From NCBI GenBank assembly GCA_002189035.1, contig NEEC01000258.1:1-58943 (forward strand): a stretch of DNA of 58,943 bases, given 5' to 3'. This document shows positions 39,301 through 50,291 of the stretch, one piece after another. The stretch is from Utricularia gibba (lineage: Eukaryota > Plantae > Magnoliophyta). The notes below the pieces were generated by a model. That model was given only the letters and a program-made list of their open reading frames with translations. It searched no databases and was not told the DNA's origin. Within the stretch, counting starts at the first letter, position 1, and each line of letters opens with the position of its first letter. A program made the position numbers and the translations under genes.

Positions 39301-42300
39301 GTATGGCTCATGAGGTCAACTGGATGCAAATCGATTAAAAAAAATGATGCATTTGTTTAAATTACGATGTCACGTGCACCCCACATGATTTTTTAACAAC
39401 TACTTTATACTGAGGAGGCGGTTTGGGGGCACTTGGAACGGAAAAAGATAGCTTAGGCTTGCCCAAAGTAAGTTGTAGCCGGCAAAGAAAGTGATGTATT
39501 TATTAACGTTCGGTTTTCGGTGTGCCTACATGGTTTTTCAAGGAACAGCTTCTCGTTTTGTGGCGGCCAGTCTCGCTAGGAACTTGGTCCGGGCCCCGAT
39601 TCTTATGGCTCATGAGGTCAACTGGATGCAAATCGATTAAAAAATGATGCATTTGTTTAAATTATGATGTCACGTGCACCCCATGATTTTTTCAACAACT
39701 TACTTTATACTTGAGCAGGCGGTCTTTGGGTGCACTTGGAACGGGACAAAGGTAAGGTTGGCTTGCACCGAGAGTTAGTTGTAGTCCGGCAAATAAAGTG
39801 ATGTATTTATTATCGTTCGGTTTTCGGGGGCTGCCTACATGGTTTTTCAAGGAACCGCTTCTCGTTTTGTGGCGGCCAGTCTCGCTGGGAACTTGGTCCT
39901 TGACCCGATTCTGTATGGCTCATGAGGTCAACTGGATGCAAATCGATTAAAAAAAATGATGCATTTGTTTAAATTATGATGTCACGTGCACCCCACATGA
40001 TTTTTTCAACAACTTACTTTATACTTGAGCAGGCGGTCTTTGGGTGCACCTGGAACGGGACAAAGGTAAGGTTTGGCTTGCACCGAGAGTTAGTTGTAGT
40101 CCGGCAAATAAAGTGATGTATTTATTATCGTTCGGTTTTCGGGGGCTGCCTACATGGTTTTTCAAGGAACCGCTTCTCGTTTTGTGGCGGCCAGTCTCGC
40201 TGGGAACTTGGTCCTTGACCCGATTCTGTATGGCTCATGAGGTCAACTGGATGCAAATCGATTAAAAAAAATGATGCATTTGTTTAAATTATGATGTCAC
40301 GTGCACCCCACATGATTTTTTCAACAACTTACTTTATACTTGAGCAGGCGGTCTTTGGGTGCACCTGGAACGGGACAAAGGTAAGTTTGGCTTGCACCGA
40401 GAGTTAGTTGTAGTCCGGCAAATAAAGTGATGTATTTATTATCGTTCGGTTTTCGGGGCTGCCTACATGGTTTTTCAAGGAACCGCTTCTCGTTTTGTGG
40501 CGGCCAGTCTCGCTGGGAACTTGGTCCTTGACCGATTCTGTATGGCTCATGAGGTCAACTGGATGCAAATCGATTAAAAAAAATGATGCATTTGTTTAAA
40601 TTATGATGTCACGTGCACCCCACATGATTTTTTCAACAACTTACTTTATACTTGAGCAGGCGGTCTTTGGGTGCACCTGGAACGGGACAAAGGTAAGTTT
40701 GGCTTGCACCGAGAGTTAGTTGTAGTCCGGCAAATAAAGTGATGTATTTATTATCGTTCGTTTTTCGGGGGCTGCCTACATGGTTTTTCAAGGAACCGCT
40801 TCTCGTTTTGTGGCGGCCAGTCTCGCTGGGAACTTGGTCCTTGACCCCGATTTGTATGGCTCATGAGGTCAACTGGATGCAAATCGATAAAAAAAATGAT
40901 GCATTTGTTTAAATTATGATGTCACGTGCACCCCACATGATTTTTTTAACAACTTACTTTATACTTGAGCAGGCGGTCTTGGGGGCACTTGGAACCGGAA
41001 AAAGATCAGCTTAGGCTTGCCCAAAGTAAGTTGTAGCCCGGCAAAGAAAGTGATGTATTTATTAACGTTCGGTTTTCGGGGCCCTACATGGTTTTTCAAG
41101 GAACCGCTTCTCGTTTTGTGGCGGCCAGCTGGAACTTGGTCCCCCGATTCTTTATGGCTCATGAGGTCAAAGGATGCAAATCGAAAAAAAATGATGCATT
41201 TGTTTAAATTACGATGTCACGTGCACCCCACATGATTTTTTCAACAACTTACTTTATACTTGAGCAGCGGTCTTTGGGTGCACCTGGAACGGGACAAAGG
41301 TAAGGTTTGGCTTGCACCGAGAGTTAGTTGTAGTCCGGCAAATAAAGTGATGTATTTATTATCGTTCGTTTTCGGGGCTGCCTACATGGTTTTTCAAGGA
41401 ACCGCTTCTCGTTTTGTGGCGGCCAGTCTCGCTGGGAACTTGGTCCTTGACCCCGATTCTGTATGGCTCATGAGGTCAACTGGATGCAAATCGATTAAAA
41501 AAATGATGCATTTGTTTAAATTATGATGTCACGTGCACCCCACATGATTTTTTCAAACTTACTTTATACTGAGCAGGCGGTCTTTGGGTGCACCTGGAAC
41601 GGGACAAAGGTAAGGTTGGCTTGCACGAGAGTTAGTTGTAGTCCGGCAAAAAAGTGATGTATTTATTATCGTTCGGTTTTCGGGGGCTGCCTACATGGTT
41701 TTTCAAGGAACCGCTTCTCGTTTTGTGGCGGCCAGTCTCGCTGGGAACTTGGTCCTTGACCCCGATTCTGTATGGCTCATGAGGTCAACTGGATGCAAAT
41801 CGATTAAAAAAAATGATGCATTTGTTTAAATTATGATGTCACGTGCACCCCACATGATTTTTTCAACAACTTACTTTATACTTGAGCAGGCGGTCTTTGG
41901 GTGCACCTGGAACGGGACAAAGGTAAGTTTGGCTTGCACCGAAGTTAGTTGTAGTCCGGCAAATAAAGTGATGTATTTATTATCGTTCGGTTTTCGGGGG
42001 CTGCCTACATGGTTTTTCAAGGAACCGCTTCTCGTTTTGTGGCGGCCAGTCTCGCTGGGAACTTGGTCCTTCCCCGATTCTGTATGGCTCATGAGGTCAA
42101 CTGGATGCAAATCGATTAAAAAAATGATGCATTTGTTTAAATTATGATGTCACGTGCACCCCACATGATTTTTTCAACAACTTACTTTATACTTGAGCAG
42201 GCGGTCTTTGGGTGCACCTGGAACGGGACAAAGGTAAGTTGGCTTGCACCGAGAGTTAGTTGTAGTCCGGCAAATAAAGTGATGTATTTATTATCGTTCG

Positions 42301-45300
42301 GTTTTCGGGGGCTGCCTACATGGTTTTTCAAGGAACCGCTTCTCGTTTTGTGGCGGCCAGTCTCGCTGGGAACTTGGTCCTTGACCCCGATTCTGTATGG
42401 CTCATGAGGTCAACTGGATGCAAATCGATTAAAAAAAATGATGCATTTGTTTAAATTATGATGTCACGTGCACCCCACATGATTTTTTCAACAACTTACT
42501 TTATACTTGAGCAGGCGGTCTTTGGGTGCACCTGGAACGGGACAAAGGTAAGTTTGGCTTGCACCGAGAGTTAGTTGTAGTCCGGCAAATAAAGTGATGT
42601 ATTTATTATCGTTCGGTTTTCGGGGGCTGCCTACATGGTTTTTCAAGGAACCGCTTCTCGTTTTGTGGCGGCCAGTCTCGCTGGGAACTTGGTCCTTGAC
42701 CCGATTCTGTATGGCTCATGAGGTCAACTGGATGCAAATCGATAAAAAAAATGATGCATTTGTTTAAATTATGATGTCACGTGCACCCCACATGATTTTT
42801 TCAACAACTTACTTTATACTTGAGCAGGCGGTCTTTGGGTGCACCTGGAACGGGACAAAGGTAATGTTTGGCTTGCACCGAGAGTTAGTTGTAGTCCGGC
42901 AAATAAAGTGATGTATTTATTATCGTTCGTTTTTCGGGGGCTGCCTACATGGTTTTCAAGGAACCGCTTCTCGTTTTGTGGCGGCCAGTCTCGCTGGGAA
43001 CTTGGTCCTTGACCCCATTCTGTGGCTCATGAGGTCAACTGGATGCAAATCGATAAAAAAAATGATGCATTTGTTTAAATTACGATGTCACGTGCACCCC
43101 ACATGATTTTTTTAACAACATACTTTATACATGAGGAGGCGGTCTTGGGGGCACTTGGAACCGGAAAAAGATCAGCTTAGGCCTTGGCCCAAAGTAAGTT
43201 GTAGCCCGGCAAAGAAAGTGATGTATTTATTAACGTTCGGTTTTCGGTTGCCTACATGGTTTTTCAAGGAACAGCTTCTCGTTTTGTGGCGGCCAGTCTG
43301 CTGGAACTTGGTCCCCCGCGATTCTTTATGGCTCATGAGGTCAAAAGGATACAAATCAATGAATAAAATGATGCATTTGTTTAAATTACGATATCACGTG
43401 CACCCCACATGATTTTTTCAACAACTTACTTTATACTTGAGCAGGCGGTCTTTGGGTGCACCTGGAACGGGACAAAGGTAAGGTTTGGCTTGCACCGAGA
43501 GTTAGTTGTAGTCCGGCAAATAAAGTGATGTATTTATTATCGTTCGGTTTTCGGGGGCTGCCTACATGGTTTTTCAAGGAACCGCTTCTCGTTTTGTGGC
43601 GGCCAGTCTCGCTGGGAACTTGGTCCTTGACCCCGATTCTGTATGGCTCATGAGGTCAACTGGATGCAAATCGATTAAAAAAAAATGATGCATTTGTTTA
43701 AATTATGATGTCACGTGCACCCCACATGATTTTTTCAACAACTTACTTTATACTTGAGCAGGCGGTCTTTGGGTGCACCTGGAACGGGACAAAGGTAATG
43801 TTTGGCTTGCACCGAGAGTTAGTTGTAGTCCGGCAAATAAAGTGATGTATTTATTATCGTTCGTTTTTCGGGGGCTGCCTACATGGTTTTTCAAGGAACC
43901 GCTTCTCGTTTTGTGGCGGCCAGTCTCGCTGGGAACTTGGTCCTTGACCCCGATTCTGTATGGCTCATGAGGTCAACTGGATGCAAATCGATTAAAAAAA
44001 ATGATGCATTTGTTTAAATTATGATGTCACGTGCACCCCACATGATTTTTTTAACAACTACTTTATACTGAGCAGGCGGTCTTGGGGCACTTGGAACGGA
44101 CAAATAGTTAGGCTTGCACCAGAGTTAGTTGTAGTCCGGCAAATAAAGTGATGTATTTATTATCGTTCGGTTTTCGGGTTGCCTACATGGTTTTCAAGGA
44201 ACCGCTTCTCGTTTTGTGCGGCCAGTCTCGCTGGAACTTGGTCATTCTGTATGGCTCATGAGGTCAACTGGATGCAAATCGAATAAAAATGATGCATTTG
44301 TTTAAATTATGATGTCACGTGCACCCCACATGATTTTTTCAACAACTTACTTTATACTTGAGCAGGCGGTCTTTTGGGTGCACCTGGAACGGGACAAAGG
44401 TAATGTTGGCTTGCACGAGAGTTAGTTGTAGTCCGGCAAATAAAGTGATGTATTTATTATCGTTCGGTTTTCGGGGGCTGCCTACATGGTTTTTCAAGGA
44501 ACCGCTTCTCGTTTTGTGGCGGCCAGTCTCGCTGGGAACTTGGTCCTTGACCCCGATTCTGTATGGCTCATGAGGTCAACTGGATGCAAATCGATTAAAA
44601 AAAATGATGCATTTGTTTAAATTATGATGTCACGTGCACCCCACATGATTTTTTCAACAACTTACTTTATACTTGAGCAGGCGGTCTTTGGGTGCACTGG
44701 AACGGACAAAGGTAAGGTTGGCTTGCACGAGAGTTAGTTGTAGTCCGGCAAATAAAGTGATGTATTTATTATCGTTCGTTTTCGGGGGCTGCCTACATGG
44801 TTTTTCAAGGAACCGCTTCTCGTTTTTGGCGGCCAGTCTCGCTGGGAACTTGGTCCTTGACCCCGATTCTGTATGGCTCATGAGGTCAACTGGATGCAAA
44901 TCGATTAAAAAAAATGATGCATTTGTTTAAATTATGATGTCACGTGCACCCCACATGATTTTTTCAACAACTTACTTTATACTTGAGCAGGCGGTCTTTG
45001 GGTGCACTGGAACGGGACAAAGGTAAGTTTGGCTTGCACCGAGAGTTAGTTGTAGTCCGGCAAATAAAGTGATGTATTTATTATCGTTCGGTTTTCGGGG
45101 GCTGCCTACATGGTTTTTCAAGGAACCGCTTCTCGTTTTGTGGCGGCCAGTCTCGCTGGGAACTTGGTCCTTGACCCGATTCTGTATGGCTCATGAGGTC
45201 AACTGGATGCAAATCGATTAAAAAAATGATGCATTTGTTTAAATTATGATGTCACGTGCACCCCACATGATTTTTTCAACAACTTACTTTATACTTGAGC

Positions 45301-46940
45301 AGGCGGTCTTTGGGTGCACCTGGAACGGGACAAAGGTAATGTTTGGCTTGCACCGAGAGTTAGTTGTAGTCCGGCAAATAAAGTGATGTATTTATTATCG
45401 TTCGGTTTTCGGGGGCTGCCTACATGGTTTTTCAAGGAACCGCTTCTCGTTTTGTGGCGGCCAGTCTCGCTGGGAACTTGGTCCTTGACCCCATTCTGTA
45501 TGGCTCATGAGGTCAACTGGATGCAAATCGATAAAAAAAATGATGCATTTGTTTAAATTATGATGTCACGTGCACCCCACATGATTTTTTTAACAACATA
45601 CTTTATACATGAGAGGCGGTCTTGGGGGGCACTTGGAACCGGAAAAAGATCAGCTTAGGCCTTGGCCCAAAGTAAGTTGTAGCCGGCAAAGAAAGTGATG
45701 TATTTATTAACGTTCGGTTTTCGGTGTTGCCTACATGGTTTTTCAAGGAACAGCTTCTCGTTTTGTGGCGGCCAGTCTCGCTGGAACTTGGTCCGGGCCC
45801 CGATTCTGTATGGCTCATGAGGTCAACTGGATGCAAATCAATGAAAAAAATGATGCATTTGTTTAAATTATGATATCACGTGCACCCCACATGATTTTTT
45901 CAACAACTTACTTTATACTTGAGCAGGCGGTCTTTGGGTGCACCTGGAACGGACAAAGGTAAGGTTTGGCTTGCACCGAGTTAGTTGTAGTCCGGCAAAT
46001 AAAGTGATGTATTTATTATCGTTCGGTTTTCGGGGGCTGCCTACATGGTTTTTCAAGGAACCGCTTCTCGTTTTGTGGCGGCCAGTCTCGCTGGGAACTT
46101 GGTCCTTGACCCCGATTCTGTATGGCTCATGAGGTCAACTGGATGCAAATCGATTAAAAAAAATGATGCATTTGTTTAAATTATGATGTCACGTGCACCC
46201 CACATGATTTTTTCAACAACTTACTTTATACTTGAGCAGGCGGTCTTTGGGTGCACTGGAACGGGACAAAGGTAAGGTTTGGCTTGCACGAGAGTTAGTT
46301 GTAGTCCGGCAAATAAAGTGATGTATTTATTATCGTTCGGTTTTCGGGGGTGCCTACATGGTTTTTCAAGGAACCGCTTCTCGTTTTGTGGCGGCCAGTC
46401 TCGCTGGGAACTTGGTCCTTGACCCGATTCTGTATGGCTCATGAGGTCAACTGGATGCAAATCGATTAAAAAAAATGATGCATTTGTTTAAATTATGATG
46501 TCACGTGCACCCCACATGATTTTTTCAACAACTTACTTTATACTTGAGCAGGCGGTCTTTGGGTGCACCTGGAACGGGACAAAGGTAAGGTTGGCTTGCA
46601 TCGAGAGTTAGTTGTAGTCCGGCAAATAAAGTGATGTATTTATTATCGTTCGCTTTTCGGGGGCTGCCTACATGGTTTTTTCAAGGAACCGCTTCTCGTT
46701 TTGTGGCGGCCAGTCTCGCTGGGAACTTGGTCCTTGACCCCCGATTCTGTATGGCTCATGAGGTCAACTGGATGCAAATCGATTAAAAAAAAAATGATGC
46801 ATTTGTTTAAATTACGATGTCACGTGCACCCCACATGATTTTTTCAACAACTTACTTTATACTTGAGCAGGCGGTCTTTGGGTGCACCTAGGAACGGGAC
46901 AAAGGTAAGTTTGGCTTGCACCGAGAGTTAGTTGTAGTCC
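21371..46940. repeat. Domain 2: A-rich array punctuated by single B monomers, B(A)n variable-length HOR
   Basis: B or B-start units begin at ~21372, 23560, 24795, 26970, 29460, 30394, 31645, 33212, 36625, 39400, 40952, 43118, 45597. Intervening units are A-type, apart from a few degenerate ones. Confidence 0.88.
42180..42493 (+). repeat. Reference A-type monomer (314 bp)
   Basis: Carries GAGCAGG, GGGTGCACCTGGAACGGGACAAAGG, GTCCGGCAAATAAAG, TTATCGTT, GGAACCGC, CCTTGACCCCG, GTCAACTGG, TTATGATGTC. Confidence 0.92.
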
Positions 46941-49900
46941 GGCAAATAAAGTGATGTATTTATTAACGTTCAGTTTTGGGGGCTGCCTACATGGTTTTTC
47001 AAGGAACAGCTTCTCGTTTTGTGGCGGCCAGTCTCGCTGGGAACTTGGTCCTTGACCCGATTATGTATGCTCATGAGGTCAACCGGATGCAAATCGATTA
47101 AAAAAATGATGCTTGTTTAAATTACGATATCACGTGCACCCCACATGATTTTTTCAACAACTTACTTTATACTTGAGGAGGCGGTCTTGGGTGCACCTAG
47201 AACGGGACAAAGGTCAGGTTTGGCTTGCGCCGAGAGTTAGTTGTAGCTCGGCAAATAAAGTGATGTATTTATTAACGTTCAGTTTTTGGGGGCTGCCTAC
47301 ATGGTTTTTCAAGGAACAGCTTCTCGTTTTGTGGCGGCCAGTCTCGCTGGGAACTTGGTCCTTGACCCCGATTCTGTATGGCTCATGAGGTCAACCGGAT
47401 GCAAATCGATTAAAGAAAATGATGCCTTTCTTTAAATTACGATATCACGTGCACCCCACATGATTTTTTCAACAACTTGCTTTATACTTGAGGAGGCGGT
47501 CTTGGGGTGCACCTAGAACGGGACAAAGGTCAGGTTTGGCTTGCGTTGAGAGTTAGTTGTAGCTCGGAAAATAAAGTGATGTATTTATTAACGTTCAGTT
47601 TTGGGGGCTGCCTACATGGTTTTTCAAGGAACAGCTTCTCGTTTTGTGGCGGCCAGTCTCGCTGGGAACTTGGTCCTTGACCCCGATTATGTATGCTCAT
47701 GAGGTCAACCGGATGCAAATTGATTAAAAAAAATGATGCTTGTTTAAATTACGATATCACGTGCACCCCACATGATTTTTTCAAACTTACTTTATACTTG
47801 AGGAGGCGGTCTTGGGTGCACCTGAACGGGACAAAGGTCAGGTTTGGCTTGCGCCGAGAGTTAGTTGTAGCTCGGAAAATAAAGTGATGTATTTATTAAC
47901 GTTCAGTTTTGGGGGGCTGCCTACATGGTTTTTCAAGGAACCGCTTCTCGTTTTGTGGCGGCCAGTCTCGCTGGGAACTTGGTCCTTGACCCCGATTCTG
48001 TATGGCTCATGAGGTCAACCGGATGCAAATCGATTAAAGAAAATGATGCCTTTGTTTAAATTACGATATCACGTGCACCCACATGATTTTTTCAACAACT
48101 TACTTTATACTTGAGGAGGCGGTCTTGGGGTGCACCTAGAACGGGACAAAGGTCAGGTTTGGCTTGCGTTGAGAGTTAGTTGTAGCTCGGCAAATAAAGT
48201 GATGTATTTATTAACGTTCAGTTTTTGGGGGCTGCCTACATGGTTTTTCAAGGAACAGCTTCTCGTTTTGTGGCGGCCAGTCTCGCTGGGAACTTGGTCC
48301 TGACCCCGATTCTGTATGGCTCATGAGGTCAACCGGATGGAAATCGATTAAAGAAAATGATGCCTTTCTTTAAATTACGATATCACGTGCACCCACATGA
48401 TTTTTTCAACAACTTGCTTTATACTTGAGGAGGCGGTCTTGGGGTGCACCTGGAACGGGACAAAGGTCAGGTTTGGCTTGCCGAGAGTTAGTTGTAGCTC
48501 GGAAAATAAAGTGATGTATTTATTAACGTTCAGTTTTTGGGGGCTGCCTACATGGTTTTTCAAGGAACAGCTTCTCGTTTTGTGGCGGCCAGTCTCGCTG
48601 GGAACTTGGTCCTTGACCCCGATTCTGTATGCTCATGAGGTCAACCGGATGCAAATCGATTAAAGAAAATGATGCCTTTGTTTAAATTACGATATCACGT
48701 GCACCCCACATGATTTTTTTCAACAACTTACTTTATACTTGAGGAGGCGGTCTTGGGTGCACCTGGAACGGGACAAAGGTCAGGTTTGGCTTGCGCCGAG
48801 AGTTAGTTGTAGCTCGGAAAAATAAAGTGATGTATTTATTAACGTTCAGTTTTCGGGGCTGCCTACATGGTTTTTCAAGGAACAGCTTCTCGTTTTGTGG
48901 CGGCCAGTCTCGCTGGGAACTTGGTCCTTGACCCCGATTCTGTATGCTCATGAGGTCAACCGGATGCAAATCGATTAAAAAAAATGATGCCTTTGTTTAA
49001 ATTACGATATCACGTGCACCCCACATGATTTTTTCAACAACTTACTTTATACTTGAGGAGGCGGTCTTGGGGTGCACCTAGAACGGGACAAAGGTCAGGT
49101 TTGGCTTGCGCCGAGAGTTAGTTGTAGCTCGGCAAATAAAGTGATGTATTTATTAACGTTCAATTTTTGGGGGCTGCCTACATGGTTTTTCAAGGAACAG
49201 CTTCTCGTTTTGTGGCGGCCAGTCTCGCTGGGAACTTGGTCCTTGACCCGATTCTGTATGGCTCATGAGGTCAACCGGATGGAAATCGATTAAAAAAAAT
49301 GATGCCTTTCTTTAAATTACGATATCACGTGCACCCCACATGATTTTTTCAACAACTTACTTTATACTTGTGGAGGCGGTCTTGGGTGCACCTGGAACGG
49401 GACAAAGGTCAGGTTTGGCTTGCACCGAGAGTTAGTTGTAACTCGGAAAATAAAGTGATGTATTTATTAACGTTCAGTTTTGGGGGCTACCTACATGGTT
49501 TTTCAAGAAACAGCTTCTCGTTTTGTGGCGGCCAGTCTCGCTGGGAACTTGGTCCCCCCGATTCTGTATGGCTCATGAGGTCAACCGGATGGAAATCGAT
49601 TAAAGAAAATGATGCCTTTCTTTAAATTACGATATCACGTGCACCCCACATGATTTTTTCAACAACTTGCTTTATACTTGTGGAGGCGGTCTTGGGGTGC
49701 ACCTGGAACGGGACAAAGGTCAGGTTTGGCTTGCGCCGAGAGTTAGTTGTAACACGGCAAATAAAGTGATGTATTTATTAACGTTCAGTTTTTGGGGGCT
49801 GCCTACATGGTTTTTCAAGAAACAGCTTCTCGTTTTGTGGCGGCCAGTCTCGCTGGGAACTTGGTCCTTGACCCGATTATGTATTGCTCATGAGGTCAAC

Positions 49901-49951
49901 CGGATGCAAATTGATTAAAAAAATGATGCCTTGTTTAAATTACGATATCAC

Positions 49952-50015
49952 GTGCACCCCACATGATTTTTTCAACAACTTACTTTATACTTGAGGAGGC
50001 GGTCTTGGGGTGCAC
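49952..50015. repeat. Short inverted repeat GTGCACCCCA ... TGGGGTGCAC (10-bp arms, 44-bp spacer); one example of a motif recurring once per monomer
   Basis: Arms at 49952-49961 and 50006-50015 are exact reverse complements. A units have 8-bp arms (GTGCACCC/GGGTGCAC); in most B units the right arm is broken (GGGGCAC). Confidence 0.85.
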
Positions 50016-50291
50016 CTAGAACGGGACAAAGGTCAGGTTTGGCTTGCGTTGAGAGTTAGTTGTAGCTCGGAAATAAAGTGATGTATTTATTAACGTTCAG
50101 TTTTGGGGGCTGCCTACATGGTTTTTCAAGGAACAGCTTCTCGTTTTGTGGCGGCCAGTCTCGCTGGGAACTTGGTCCTTGACCCCGATTATGTATTGCT
50201 CATGAGGTCAACCGGATGCAAATTGATTAAAAAAAAATGATGCCTTTGTTTAAATTACGATATCACGTGCACCCCACATGATTTTTTCACA
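49978..50291 (+). repeat. Reference C-type monomer (314 bp)
   Basis: Carries GAGGAGG, GGGGTGCACCTAGAACG, GGTCAGG, GCGTTGAG, GTAGCTCGG, TTCAGTTTT, GATTATGTATTG, GTCAACCGG, AAATTGATT, TTACGATATC. Confidence 0.9.

Noticed and set aside
42289-42312. CENP-B box-like TTCGGTTTTCGGG
   Set aside because: The box needs TTCG-N4-A-N2-CGGG. Here only 5 nt separate TTCG and CGGG, and the A is absent.
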